Source: an uncultured Gemmatimonadales bacterium
Lineage (GTDB): Bacteria > Gemmatimonadota > Gemmatimonadetes > Longimicrobiales > RSA9
NCBI GenBank assembly: GCA_963708135.1
Contig: OY970192.1
Coordinates: forward strand, 3,360,001 to 3,424,000
Reading direction: 5' to 3'
Length of the DNA stretch: 64,000 bases
Under the pieces are notes generated by a model. It was not told where the DNA came from. It did no database searches and worked only from the letters and a program-made list of their open reading frames with translations. A program made the translations under genes and the position numbers. The stretch's first letter is position 1, and the number at the start of each line of letters is the position of its first letter. Below are positions 1 to 10,680 of the stretch, in pieces.

Positions 1-153
1 CTGGGCGTTCCTTTCGCCGGTCAATGCCTCGGGCACGGCGAAACCAGCAAGCACAATCCCCAAATGAGGCTCACCTTGCGCGGTGGAGGTGTCAGGTCAA
101 TCTTGCGGCGGTACTTCAAGCCTGCTAACGGAAGCTTTATTAGCACCGGCGCC

Positions 154-294
154 TCCCAACGCCTCGAGAATGACGCCGCGCGATCGGCTGGTGAACGATC
201 TTCTTGAGGGGATCAGCCCCCGGGGAGGAGCGCGATTCGCGAAAGCACCGGATTGAGTTGCGCTTCACCGAAAGTCGTTGATCAGACGTTAGGC
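154..294 (+). other. Putative attC-like integron recombination site
   Basis: TCCCAAC (154-160) and GTTAGGC (288-294, GTTRRRY core) with imperfectly complementary inner arms (aacgcctcgagaatgac / gtcgttgatcagacgtt), about 140 bp, just before a low-GC orphan ORF. Confidence 0.4.
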
Positions 295-339
295 GAAAGT
301 GGTCCTTTAGCTAACAACAACGAACCGGGAGCGCTTCGT

Positions 340-954
340 ATGCGCCCGCCACCAGAGATCGATGATGGCTTTGGCAGCTGGGAGGAGTGGCATTACCGGC
401 ACGAGTTCTTTTGGGCTGCAACGATCCGGTGGGTCGTCGCGGTACTCGCGGTCGCGGCACTTCCCTACACGAGCTCCGAGGTACGCACCTTCTTCGGCCT
501 CTGGACGGTAGCGTTCCCGGCATTTGCCTGCATTCTGGGGGTGGTCGCCTTCGTTCATCTGCTCGCCGAGCACGCCCGGGCCTTGTACGTGCGCTGGCAC
601 GTGGGTTATCGCGAGCGTGAACGGGAATTTCTCCACGACCGAACGGGCGTGAAGACGAGTTCCGCTCAGATTTTGCTGCGGCGGCCCATCCGCTGGCGCA
701 TCGGGCCTTACATATTCGCTGCCCTGTCGCTGGCGTTCTTCAGCTTGACCGGCCTCAACCTGCTCGTCTTCTACCCGTCACTCGCAGAGCAACTCAGCAA
801 GGCGCCGAGCAGCGTCATCGGAGCGGTCCTCCAGATACTCGGCTGGATTTGGATTGCCAGCGGGTTTATCGTGGCGGGCATTCTGATCGTTCGAGACCAG
901 GTCCATTACACGGACGCCGAGGGCAAGCCTGTAAGGAAGGAGCCTAGCGCCTGA
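340..954 (+). CDS. Hypothetical membrane protein (about 4 TM helices)
   Basis: ORF 253..954, first ATG at 340 preferred; several hydrophobic segments; GC lower than the core genes. Confidence 0.6.
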   Translation: MRPPPEIDDGFGSWEEWHYRHEFFWAATIRWVVAVLAVAALPYTSSEVRTFFGLWTVAFPAFACILGVVAFVHLLAEHARALYVRWHVGYREREREFLHDRTGVKTSSAQILLRRPIRWRIGPYIFAALSLAFFSLTGLNLLVFYPSLAEQLSKAPSSVIGAVLQILGWIWIASGFIVAGILIVRDQVHYTDAEGKPVRKEPSA

Positions 955-1389
955 AGAACACGAACCACCTTCGCCAGATGTGCCGAAGCAGGTCGACCTT
1001 CCGGCAGGCGAGCAATCGATCCAGAGCGCGACCCTCTACCATATCCGCCGGATAAACAACCGCATTGCTGGTAAGCTGTCGCACTACCTGGATTTCAAAT
1101 GGTCGTGACCGCGCGGTCGGCCTTGCAGCCCCATGCACCAACGCACGCAGGGCTCCCGACGTTGTCGTTCCGCGCTAGCCGGCTGGCAACAGCCACCGCG
1201 GGCGCGCCAATCCGAGAGAGGCGTCGCGGTGGCATAGACCGCGTGCGGTAGCCGCGCCTGGATTGTAGGTTCCCCTTGTTTCCGGCGGCCGGAGCAGGAG
1301 CATCGGTGGGGCAGTCCCCAGCAGTACTCACTGCCTCCGGTGCACCGCTTCCCCGCCCCTCCACCATCCGTGAAACGTGACGAAGCGAC

Positions 1390-2874
1390 ATGGCCTTGAC
1401 GCAGCAACAGCTGGAGAAGCACCTCTGGCGAGCCGCAGACATCCTGCGCGGCCGCATCGATTCCGGTGACTACAAGCACTACATCTTCGGCCTCCTCTTC
1501 TTCAAGCGCCTGAGCGACGTCTGGCGCGAGGAGTACGAGGCGCGCCTCGAGATGTACGACGGCGACGAGCTCCTCGCCTCCGACCCCGACGAGCACCGCT
1601 TCGATATCCCGGAAGGCCACTTCTGGGAAGACGTCCGGGAAGAGACCACGGACATCGGGGCATCCCTGAATAACGCGCTGCACGCGATCGAGGACGCGAA
1701 CCTGCGCCTCCGCGGCGTCTTCCAGGACGTGGACTTCAACAACAAGGATCGCTTCCCGGACACCGTCCTCGAGGCGCTCCTCCAGCACTTCGACCAGCAC
1801 CGGCTCCGCAACGAGGACGTGCCGGCCGACGTGCTCGGCGCCGCGTACGAGTACCTGATCGCGCAGTTCGCCGACGACGCCGGCAAGAAGGGTGGCGAGT
1901 TCTACACGCCGAAAATGGTGGTCCGGCTCATCGTCGAGATGATCCGGCCGGAGGAGGGCATGCACGTCTACGATCCCACGTGCGGGTCGGGCGGCATGCT
2001 CCTCGAGACCGTGCACAACCTCGAGCGGCAGGGGAAGAACGCGAAGTCGCTCCACCTGTTCGGGCAGGAGATGAACCTGAACACGTGGGCGATCTGCAAG
2101 ATGAACCTCTTCCTCCACGACATCGACGACGCCGACATCGCCCGCGGCGACACGCTCCGCGACCCGAAGAACCTCACGCCGTCGAACACGCTCCGCCGCT
2201 ACGACCGGGTCCTCGCGAACCCGCCGTTCTCGCTCAAGGAGTGGGGCTACAAGGAGTGGAAGAACGGGGACAAGTTCGGCCGCGACGTGTTCGGGTGCCC
2301 GCCGAAGTCGTACGCCGACTACGCCTTCGTCCAGCACATGGTGGCGAGCCTCAAGAGCGACGGCATGCTCGGCGTCGTGCTTCCGCACGGCGTCCTCTTC
2401 CGCGGCGGTGCGGAGGGGCGGATCCGGGAGGGTCTGCTCCGGGAGGACCTGGTTGAAGCGGTCGTCGGACTCGGCCCCAACCTCTTCTACGGCTCCGGCA
2501 TCCCCGCGTGCATCGTAGTCATGAACCGGGCGAAGCCGGCGGAGCGGAAGGGGAAGGTGCTCTTCATCCACGGCGCCGACGAGCTGGTCGAGGGCAAGGC
2601 GCAGAACCACCTCTCCGACGAGAACATCGCGCGCATGGCCGGCGCCTTCCACGCGTGGAAGGACGAGGAGCGGTTCTGCCGCGTCGTAGACCTCGACGAG
2701 ATCGAGGCGAACGACTTCAACTTGAACATCCCCCGGTACGTGGATACGACGGAGCCGGAGGAGGAGATCGACGTCGCCGCCGAGTTGGCGGCGCTCAAGA
2801 CGCTGATGGCGGAGCGGGACGATGCGGAGGCGAAGATGCTCGGGTACCTGGAAGAGATGGGGTATGCTGGCTGA
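1390..2874 (+). CDS. hsdM: Type I restriction-modification methyltransferase subunit M
   Basis: LWRAADILRG N-terminus, GEFYTP, SAM motif DPTCGSGG, catalytic NPPF, DFNLNIPRYV. Confidence 0.97.
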   Translation: MALTQQQLEKHLWRAADILRGRIDSGDYKHYIFGLLFFKRLSDVWREEYEARLEMYDGDELLASDPDEHRFDIPEGHFWEDVREETTDIGASLNNALHAIEDANLRLRGVFQDVDFNNKDRFPDTVLEALLQHFDQHRLRNEDVPADVLGAAYEYLIAQFADDAGKKGGEFYTPKMVVRLIVEMIRPEEGMHVYDPTCGSGGMLLETVHNLERQGKNAKSLHLFGQEMNLNTWAICKMNLFLHDIDDADIARGDTLRDPKNLTPSNTLRRYDRVLANPPFSLKEWGYKEWKNGDKFGRDVFGCPPKSYADYAFVQHMVASLKSDGMLGVVLPHGVLFRGGAEGRIREGLLREDLVEAVVGLGPNLFYGSGIPACIVVMNRAKPAERKGKVLFIHGADELVEGKAQNHLSDENIARMAGAFHAWKDEERFCRVVDLDEIEANDFNLNIPRYVDTTEPEEEIDVAAELAALKTLMAERDDAEAKMLGYLEEMGYAG

Positions 2875-4129
2875 GATTCCTCCGGGGTGGACGGCACAGC
2901 CCCTCGAACGCCTTGGCACGCTCCACAAGGGCCGGGGCGGGCCGAAGAGCGACGACGAGCCGTCTGGGATGCCTGTCATCCGCTACGGCGAGCTCTACAC
3001 GCATCACAACGAGGTGGTGCGGAGCGTCCGATCGTTCGTACCTGCCGAGAAGGCTGAGAACTACACGCCGCTCAGGCCCGGAGACGTCCTCTTCGCGGGA
3101 GCGGGGGAGACGGCGGAAGAGATCGGAAAGTCAGCCGTCTTCCTCGGCCCCGCGCCTGCTTACGCAAGCGGGGATTTGGTCATCTTCCGACCGAACGGAC
3201 AGCTCGATCCGCTCTTCCTCGGCTACGCCTCGAACGGTCCCGCGGCGACTGCCTACAAGCAGTCGGTGGGCCAGGGCAGCTCCATCCTTCACATCTACTC
3301 GCGGGATCTGCAGGCGCTCGAACTCCTCGTGCCGCCCCTCCCCGAACAGCGGAAGATCGCCGCCATCCTCTCCAGCGTCGATGACGCCATCGCGGCGACG
3401 GGGAAGGTCATCGAGCAGACGAAGCGGGTGAAGCAGGGGCTCCTTCAGGCGCTCATGACCCGCGGCATCGGGCACACCCGGTTCAAGAAGACGGAGATCG
3501 GCGAGATCCCGGAATCATGGGAACTGGTGCCGCTGGGCGATGTCTGTGCCCACATCACCAAGGGTGCCACGCCGACTACCTACGGCTACCAGTGGATCGA
3601 GAGTGGTGACGACGGGGTCCTCTTTCTCCGGAGCGAATGCGTCTCAGAGGAGGGTTTTCAGCTGAGGGGGTCGGAGCGCATACCCGAACCCGCCCATGCA
3701 TCGATGTCACGATCGGAGATCCGCGGCGACGACGTTCTGGTCACCATTACGGGCAACGTCGGCCGAGTCGGGCAGGTTCCGGAGGAGATCGAACGAGGGA
3801 ATATCAACCAGCATCTCGCACGTGTCCGCGTAGAGGCCCGCGAGCTTTTTCAGGATTTTGTGCATCTCGCTTTGCAGACGAAGCGACAGCGGAATCGGTT
3901 CGAGACGATCGTTACCGGGCTGGCATATCCGCAGTTGAGCCTGAAGCAGATCCGGGAGACGATCGTGCCGATGCCGCGGAGAGCCGAGCAAGAGGAGATA
4001 GTCGAGCGAATCGCGGCCATTAAGGACGTGATAGTTCGCAGTGAACGATCTCTTGCGGCATGGCAGAAAATGAAGCGCGGTCTCATGCAGGACCTCCTCA
4101 CCGGGCGCGTCCGCGTCCAGACGGACTGA
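2864..4129 (+). CDS. hsdS: Type I RM specificity subunit S
   Basis: IPPGW / GEIPESW, PPLPEQRKIAAIL, K(Q/R)GL(L/M)QxL(L/M)T conserved regions around two TRDs; ATG 2864 overlaps the hsdM end. Confidence 0.95.
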   Translation: MLAEIPPGWTAQPLERLGTLHKGRGGPKSDDEPSGMPVIRYGELYTHHNEVVRSVRSFVPAEKAENYTPLRPGDVLFAGAGETAEEIGKSAVFLGPAPAYASGDLVIFRPNGQLDPLFLGYASNGPAATAYKQSVGQGSSILHIYSRDLQALELLVPPLPEQRKIAAILSSVDDAIAATGKVIEQTKRVKQGLLQALMTRGIGHTRFKKTEIGEIPESWELVPLGDVCAHITKGATPTTYGYQWIESGDDGVLFLRSECVSEEGFQLRGSERIPEPAHASMSRSEIRGDDVLVTITGNVGRVGQVPEEIERGNINQHLARVRVEARELFQDFVHLALQTKRQRNRFETIVTGLAYPQLSLKQIRETIVPMPRRAEQEEIVERIAAIKDVIVRSERSLAAWQKMKRGLMQDLLTGRVRVQTD

Positions 4130-4133
4130 CGCG

Positions 4134-7100
4134 ATGCCCGGCCCCGAGTTCGGCCTCGTCGAGAAGCCCGCGATCGATGTGCTCACGGGCCTCGGCTACG
4201 ACTACCTTCCGGCCGCGCAGAACGAGCTCGCGCGCGACGGGCTGAACCAGGTGCTCCTCCGGGAACATATAATCGATGCGGTCCAGCAACTGAACGGCCT
4301 CGATGCCGACATGGCCGGCCGCGTCTACCACGACCTGCTCAACGTCTCCGACAACGAGCGCTGGATCGAGGTCCTGCGCGGCCAGTATTCGCGCGCCGTG
4401 CCTGGTGAGGCGACGCACCAGACCATCCGGCTGATCGACTTCCTCCATCCGACGAACAACCGCTTCACGGTCACGAACCAGCTCCACGTGAAGTCGGAGC
4501 ACCCCCGCTGCGCGGACCTCGTCGTCTACGTGAACGGGATCCCGCTGGTGGTGATCGAGGCGAAGAAGCCGGGCGCGGGCAAGCTCCACATGGCGTACGA
4601 GCAGATCCGGCAGTACGAGGAGCAGATCCCGCGGCTCTTCTACTCGAACGCGTTCAACATCGTCACGGACCGGCACGAGACGCGGTTCGGCACGACGGGC
4701 GCGCCTTGGGCGTACTGGGGGACATGGCGGGACCCATGGCCGCGGAGCGAGGCCGACTTCGCCGACGACTTCGAGAAGACGCTGTGGGCGCTCCTCGATC
4801 CGCATCGCCTGCTCGACATCCTCGCCCATTTCATCGTGTTCGAGCGGGAGGGCGACTCCGGCCGGATCGTGAAGAAGATGTGCCGCTACCAGCAGTTCCG
4901 GGCGGCGAATAGAATCGTGGAGCGGGCGCAGGACGCCGAGAAGCGGCGAGGGCTGATCTGGCACACGCAGGGGAGCGGGAAGTCGCTCACCATGGTGTTC
5001 TCGGTGCTGAAGCTGAAGCTCCACCGCACGCTCGACACCCCCGCGCTCGCCAGCCCCAACATCCTCGTCATCACGGACCGGAAGGACCTGGACCGGCAGA
5101 TCTCGGCCACGTTCCAGGCGTGCGGGCTCCCGAACCCGAAGCCGATGGGGTCGATGGCGGAGCTCCGGCGCACGATCCACAGCGGCGTCGCCGGGCTCAC
5201 GGTGCTCTCGACGATCCACAAGTTCGAGGGCTCGAAGGCGCCGGTCGAGAACAGCGGCAACTGGATCGCACTGGTGGACGAGGCCCACCGCACGCAGGAG
5301 AAGGATCTCGGCGCGTTCCTGCGCGCCACCTTCCCCGATGCGCGCCTGTTCGGCTTCACCGGCACGCCGGTGAAGAAGAAGGACCTGGACACCTTCCAGA
5401 ACTTCAGCCCGCCGGGCGAGGGGTACCTGGACCGGTACAGTATCGACGACGCCGTCGCCGACGGCGCCACCGTGCCGATCCGCTACACGTCACGAAAGGC
5501 GGAGTGGCACGTCGATCCGGCGAAGATCGACATTCTCTTCGACAGCTGGTTCGCCGACGAGTCCGAGGAGCGGCTGGAGGCGATCAAGAAGCGGGGCGTG
5601 ACCATTGCCGAGCTGGCGAAGCACCCGCGGCGCGTCGAGCTCATCGCGTTCGACATCTGGACCCACTTCAAGGGGCACGCTCTCCCCGACGGCTACAAGG
5701 CGCAGATCGTGGCCATCGACCGCGAGGCGATCATCCTCTACAAGCGGGCCCTGGACCGGGTGATCGCGGAGCACCTCCGGAAGGACGGGCTGACGGCGCA
5801 CGAGGCGCTGGGTCGTGCCGCGGCCATGTCGGTCCCCGTCTACTCCTCGGCGCAGTGGGACGCCATGCCCAGCGAGGACGCTTGGGTGAACGATGTCCGC
5901 GCGGACCTGCGCCGCTACGCGCTCGACGAGGACGGCGAGAAGCAGGCGATCGCCGCGTTCCAGAAGCCGGGCGCGCCGCCCCATTTCCTCATCGTCTGCA
6001 ACAAGCTCCTGACCGGCTTCGACGCGCCGGCCGAGAGCGTGATGTACCTGGACAGCCCGCTCACGGACCACAACCTCCTGCAGGCCATCGCCCGGACGAA
6101 TCGGGTGTCGGGGCCGAAGAAGAGGTTCGGGCTGATCGTGGACTACATCGGCATCACGCGGAAGCTCGACGAGGCGCTGGCCGCGTACCGCGAGGAGGAC
6201 GTCGAGAACGTGATGAAGGACCTGGAGGTCGAGCGGGACGCGCTGCGGAAGGCGCACCGCGAGGTCTTCGCCATGGTGCCGAAACGAACCGGCGACATGA
6301 GCGCCGATTACGACGCCCTCGTCGCCGCGCTCGGCACGGAGGACGTCTGGTACACGTTCCGGCGCAAGGCGGACGCGTTCGTCCAGGCCTACGAGAGCCT
6401 GAGCCCGGATCCGGCGATCCTCGAGTACCGACACGACCTGAAGTGGATCGTCGGCTTCATCCAGTATGCGACGCCGATCATCGAGAAGGACCCGCCGCCC
6501 GACCTGAGCGGCGTGAGCGGCAAGATCCGCCGCCTTCTCGAGGAGCACCTGGACGTAACCGGGATCAGGACCGTGGTGAAGCTCCGCCAGCTCACCGATC
6601 CGGACTTCTGGACGGACTTCGACAGCGACAGGCCGGCGCGGGAGCTCCGCCGCGCCACGATCCGGAAGGCGACGGAGCTCAAGCGGATCACGTACGACAA
6701 GGTCGAGGAGAACCCGCTCCGCTACCAGAAGTTCTCCGAGCGCGTGCTCGAGGTGATCCGGCGCTTCGAGGAGGGCCAGCTCGCGGCGGCCGAGGCGCTG
6801 AAGGAATTCCAGGACATCGCGAAGGACCTCGAGGACGAGGACCGGGCCCACGAGAGCTCGGGGTTGAACGAGCGCGCGTACGGTGTGCTCAAGATCCTCG
6901 AATCCCTGGAGGCCGCGGACGCGAGCGTGTCCGCGGGAGGACGCGTCGCCGAAGGCAGGGCGTCCTATCCGGAGGCTGCCCCGGTGCGCGGCCTCGCCGA
7001 GCTCGCGGCGGACATCGACGGTATCTACGCCAGCGACGAGAAGGCGCCGGCGGGCTGGCACCTGAAGGACCAGCTCCGCAAGGAACTGCGCCAGGAGGTC

Positions 7101-7196
7101 CGCCATCGCTCGCACCGGGCGGGGCTGAAGGAGGTGAAGGAAGTGGCCGCCCGCGTGGAGGAGTACGCGCTCCGGCACTACGTGAAGGTGGCGTGA
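4134..7196 (+). CDS. hsdR: Type I RM restriction subunit R
   Basis: Nuclease motif ADLVVYVNGIPLVVIEAK, Walker A HTQGSGKS, DEAH, FTGTP, LTGFDAP, QAIARTNR. Confidence 0.97.
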   Translation: MPGPEFGLVEKPAIDVLTGLGYDYLPAAQNELARDGLNQVLLREHIIDAVQQLNGLDADMAGRVYHDLLNVSDNERWIEVLRGQYSRAVPGEATHQTIRLIDFLHPTNNRFTVTNQLHVKSEHPRCADLVVYVNGIPLVVIEAKKPGAGKLHMAYEQIRQYEEQIPRLFYSNAFNIVTDRHETRFGTTGAPWAYWGTWRDPWPRSEADFADDFEKTLWALLDPHRLLDILAHFIVFEREGDSGRIVKKMCRYQQFRAANRIVERAQDAEKRRGLIWHTQGSGKSLTMVFSVLKLKLHRTLDTPALASPNILVITDRKDLDRQISATFQACGLPNPKPMGSMAELRRTIHSGVAGLTVLSTIHKFEGSKAPVENSGNWIALVDEAHRTQEKDLGAFLRATFPDARLFGFTGTPVKKKDLDTFQNFSPPGEGYLDRYSIDDAVADGATVPIRYTSRKAEWHVDPAKIDILFDSWFADESEERLEAIKKRGVTIAELAKHPRRVELIAFDIWTHFKGHALPDGYKAQIVAIDREAIILYKRALDRVIAEHLRKDGLTAHEALGRAAAMSVPVYSSAQWDAMPSEDAWVNDVRADLRRYALDEDGEKQAIAAFQKPGAPPHFLIVCNKLLTGFDAPAESVMYLDSPLTDHNLLQAIARTNRVSGPKKRFGLIVDYIGITRKLDEALAAYREEDVENVMKDLEVERDALRKAHREVFAMVPKRTGDMSADYDALVAALGTEDVWYTFRRKADAFVQAYESLSPDPAILEYRHDLKWIVGFIQYATPIIEKDPPPDLSGVSGKIRRLLEEHLDVTGIRTVVKLRQLTDPDFWTDFDSDRPARELRRATIRKATELKRITYDKVEENPLRYQKFSERVLEVIRRFEEGQLAAAEALKEFQDIAKDLEDEDRAHESSGLNERAYGVLKILESLEAADASVSAGGRVAEGRASYPEAAPVRGLAELAADIDGIYASDEKAPAGWHLKDQLRKELRQEVRHRSHRAGLKEVKEVAARVEEYALRHYVKVA

Positions 7197-7921
7197 TGGG
7201 CGAGATCGTGATCGGCTCGCGCGTCATCCGCTACCAGGTCCGGCGCAGCGCCCGGGCCGGCCGGAAGCGCATCGAGGTGACCCCGGGAGGCGTGCAGGTC
7301 ATCGTCCCGGATGACGCCTCCGCGGAGGAGGTCGAGCGATTCGTCCAGCGGAAGCGCCGCTGGCTCCACGACAGGACGCAGGAGATCCGGGAAGAGGTGG
7401 AACGGCTCCGGGGAGACACCCCCGAGGGGTTCCACTCGGGCGCGAAGATCCTGTTCCGGGGGCGGTACCTGAAGCTGAGGATCCGAACCTCGGATTCGGA
7501 CCGGCCGTCGCTCAGCTACCGCACCGCCTTCCAGCTCGAGCTGCCCCGGGACCTGCCTCGGGACCAGCGGGAGCAGGTCGTGCGACGCCTCGTCGAGCGC
7601 TGGCTCGAGGAGCGGCTCACGGAGGACGCCTGGGAGGTCGTGCGCCGGCGCGGCGCGGCCCACGGCCTGGAGCCCCGCGGCCTCCGGATCAAGGACCAGT
7701 GGACCCTCTGGGGAAGCTGCGGCCGCGACAACGTGATCCGACTCGACCGGAAGCTCGCCCGGGTCCCGAAGCCGGTGTTCGAGTACGTCGTGGTCCACGA
7801 GCTCTGCCACCTCGAGCATCGGGATCACTCGCCCGCCTTCTGGGGTCTGGTGAAGCGAGTCCTGCCGGACTACGAGGAGCGGAAGGAATGGCTGGAGCAG
7901 CACGAGGTCAGACTGCGGTGA
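7196..7921 (+). CDS. M48/YgjP (DUF45) family zinc metallopeptidase-like protein
   Basis: WGSC and YVVVHELCH (HExxH) motifs; TGATG overlap with hsdR, a common companion of type I RM. Confidence 0.9.
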   Translation: MGEIVIGSRVIRYQVRRSARAGRKRIEVTPGGVQVIVPDDASAEEVERFVQRKRRWLHDRTQEIREEVERLRGDTPEGFHSGAKILFRGRYLKLRIRTSDSDRPSLSYRTAFQLELPRDLPRDQREQVVRRLVERWLEERLTEDAWEVVRRRGAAHGLEPRGLRIKDQWTLWGSCGRDNVIRLDRKLARVPKPVFEYVVVHELCHLEHRDHSPAFWGLVKRVLPDYEERKEWLEQHEVRLR

Positions 7922-8023
7922 GATCGGCGAGGTGTTATCTTCGTAGTGAGCGCGCGGCGAGGAAGTCATTCTCGCTCAGGAAAGGGCCGTGGCCAGGATT
8001 CTGAAAGTGAGTTCTATCTGCTT

Positions 8024-8503
8024 ATGCGGGTTTTGACGGTTATTTGTACCGCGCTGGTGCTGGCGAGCTGTTCGGATGTCACGGCGCCCGGTGGAGTCAT
8101 GCCGGGGAAATCCACGTTGGTGATTCGAGGCGCGACCAGCCTGGATCTCAACGGGGACGCGCAGCTGATTCCTGGAGACGTTGCGGGCACGGTTCGAAAC
8201 GTGAATCTGCTTACGCAGAGTCCCGATTTCTTCTACAGCCTCGAGATCGCATTTGTACCTCCTGCGGCGCCTCCACCTGGAACGTTGAGCGTCGGAGCCG
8301 CCGGACCGGTTCAGGCAGTGTTCTACATGTTCGATCGGCGGACCAAGGAATACGTCGAGATCGCCGTAGCCCGATCAGGAACTCTGACACTGGATGAGTG
8401 CTCCGAGACGCGCTGCGTCGGACGGCTGGATGCAAACGCAACTCTTGCGAACACGGATGTCGCGCTTACGTTCGCGGCATCGTTCAACGCTCGTATCCAG
8501 TGA
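8024..8503 (+). CDS. Hypothetical lipoprotein
   Basis: Signal peptide with lipobox MRVLTVICTALVLASC; lower GC. Confidence 0.65.
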   Translation: MRVLTVICTALVLASCSDVTAPGGVMPGKSTLVIRGATSLDLNGDAQLIPGDVAGTVRNVNLLTQSPDFFYSLEIAFVPPAAPPPGTLSVGAAGPVQAVFYMFDRRTKEYVEIAVARSGTLTLDECSETRCVGRLDANATLANTDVALTFAASFNARIQ

Positions 8504-8678
8504 ATGTCTGGCCTGGGGGGCGACGGCGCTCTCGAACGGGCACCGGCTGATCCCCGCCGGAGGTGGGCAGCTGGGCGATCCTGACGCTGTGGTGAGTGGC
8601 GCCCGAGACGGCGGGGCCGTCCATCCGGGGTCAGGTCACTGCGGATCCGCTGGATGCCGACCTCGTCGCACGCCTGCA

Positions 8679-8813
8679 ATCCCCTATTCGGGTGCGCTGA
8701 CTGCCGCTATGCTCAAACCCGGTCCGGTATGGGATCCGATCCGCAATGACCCGCGCGTTCAGAGGTTGATCGCAGACGGCGACGCCGCGGCACGATCGAA
8801 GGCGACGCAATGA
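8679..8813 (+). pseudogene. C-terminal remnant of a TolB-like/TPR receptor gene
   Basis: Reads LKPGPVWDPIRNDPRVQRLI, matching the C-terminus of the next gene (PALDPLRGDPRFKAIL); ATGA overlap with 8810. Confidence 0.55.
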
Positions 8814-10594
8814 GCGGGTCGTCCTTCTCCGCCGAGCTCAAGCGGCGCAATGTGCTGCGCGCCGGTGCGTTCTACGCCGCGAGCGCGTGGCTGCTGGTCC
8901 AGATTGCGACCCAGGTCTTTCCGTTCTTCCACATTGCCGAGTGGGTGGTTCGCTGGATCGTGGTCGCTGCGGTCATCGGGTTCCCGTTCGCGCTGGCCTT
9001 CGCCTGGTTCTACGAATTCACGCCGCAAGGATTGAAGCGTGAGAGCGAGGTCGCCCTGAACGAATCGATCACCCGCCGCACCGGCAGGAAACTCGATCGC
9101 TGGATCATAGCCGTGCTCGCCCTCGCGGTGGTGTTGTTGCTGGCCAATACCTTCGTGCTCCACAAGGGTGCGGGCGGCAGCATGGCCCGGGCTGCGCCGG
9201 CGAAATCCATCGCGGTGCTGCCGTTCGCCAACCTGAGTGGCGATCCGAAGAACGCGTATTTCAGCGACGGCATCACCGAGGAGATCCTCAACGCGCTGGC
9301 GCAGGTTCGCGATCTGAAAGTCGCCGGGCGCACCTCCGCGTTTCAGTTCAACGGCCAGAACGAGGATCTGCGCAAGGTCGGTGAAACCCTGGGCGTGGCG
9401 ACCGTGCTCGAAGGCAGCGTGCAACGCGCGCAGGATCAGGTGCGCATCACCGCGCAGCTGGTGGATGCGCACAGCGGCTACCAGCTGTGGTCGGAGAAAT
9501 TCGATCGCAAGCTGACCAATATCTTCGCGGTCGAGGATGAGATTTCGAACGCGATCGCGGAGAAGCTGAGCGTTCAGTTGAGCACCGGGCGCGCGGAAGT
9601 CTCGGGCAACACGGCCAATCCGCAGGCGCATGAGCTCTACCTGCGGGGGCTGACCCTGCTGGCTGCGCGCGGACCCGGCCTGCGCGAGGCGATCGCGGCG
9701 TTCCGCCAGGCCGTCGAGCTGGACCCGCGCTACGCCCAGGCCTGGGGTGGGTTGGCCGAGGCCGAACAACTGCTGCCGGGCTACGTGTTCGTGGATGTCG
9801 ATACGGCGATGGAGCGTGCCGAAACGGCCGCGCAAAGCGCGCTTCGGATCGATCCGGATATGCCGTCGGCGCTGGTCGCCATGGGTAATGTGTATGGGTA
9901 CCGCATACAATGGGCGGAAGCCGACAGCGCATTTCGCCATGCATTGAGCGTGGCCCCGGCGGATGTCGAGGCGATCGACCAGTATGCGCAGTTCCTGGAA
10001 ACGACCGGGCAGCTCGAGGCGGCTTTGCGCCAGATCGAACGCGCGCAACGGCTTGATCCTCTGTCCGCGGTCATCGGCGCAGTCCGAACCTCCGTTCTGA
10101 TGGGATTGCATCGTGATGCCGATGCCGTGGCGCAGATTCAAGGCGTGCTATCCGCCCGCCCCGGTTTCTACCCGGCGTGCATCAACGCGGTGGTGCTGTA
10201 CGTCCACCTCGGGCGTTACGCTGATGCCGAAACGCAGCTTCGCGCGATGGCGCGGACTCTGGGCGTGGATGTGGATGCCAAGGTCCTGCTGGTTCGCGGG
10301 ATGGCCGATCCTGCCGAACGCAGCGCGGCATTGCGCAGTCTGGAGGCCGCGCCTGCGAACGCCGATCTGCGTGCGGATGCGCTGATTCATGCCACCTTCC
10401 TGGCCTTGCTCGGCGACAGGGACCGGGCATTCGATCAGTTGGACACCTACGCGGCCAGGCGCAACGGGGTCGCCTCCGGATTCATGTGGCTGCCGGCCCT
10501 GGATCCGTTGCGTGGCGATCCACGATTCAAGGCCATCTTGAAGAAGCTGGGCTTGCCGTACGCGCCTGCGGAAGCGGCGCCATCAATCTCCTGA
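8810..10594 (+). CDS. Membrane-anchored TolB-N-like domain plus TPR protein
   Basis: ELKRRNV N-terminal TM module, SIAVLPFANLS...YFSDGITEEIL...VLEGSV domain, TPR repeats. Confidence 0.88.
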   Translation: MSGSSFSAELKRRNVLRAGAFYAASAWLLVQIATQVFPFFHIAEWVVRWIVVAAVIGFPFALAFAWFYEFTPQGLKRESEVALNESITRRTGRKLDRWIIAVLALAVVLLLANTFVLHKGAGGSMARAAPAKSIAVLPFANLSGDPKNAYFSDGITEEILNALAQVRDLKVAGRTSAFQFNGQNEDLRKVGETLGVATVLEGSVQRAQDQVRITAQLVDAHSGYQLWSEKFDRKLTNIFAVEDEISNAIAEKLSVQLSTGRAEVSGNTANPQAHELYLRGLTLLAARGPGLREAIAAFRQAVELDPRYAQAWGGLAEAEQLLPGYVFVDVDTAMERAETAAQSALRIDPDMPSALVAMGNVYGYRIQWAEADSAFRHALSVAPADVEAIDQYAQFLETTGQLEAALRQIERAQRLDPLSAVIGAVRTSVLMGLHRDADAVAQIQGVLSARPGFYPACINAVVLYVHLGRYADAETQLRAMARTLGVDVDAKVLLVRGMADPAERSAALRSLEAAPANADLRADALIHATFLALLGDRDRAFDQLDTYAARRNGVASGFMWLPALDPLRGDPRFKAILKKLGLPYAPAEAAPSIS

Positions 10595-10680
10595 TCCATG
10601 TGGGTGTCGCGGCTTGCTGTATCCGCGCGGAATCCTGCCCGGCTTGGACGGCCGGCCGGCGCCAGATCATCACGCGCCTC

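Noticed and set aside
7196..7921. M48 peptidase next to hsdR as a novel defence component
   Set aside because: This association with type I RM operons is already common
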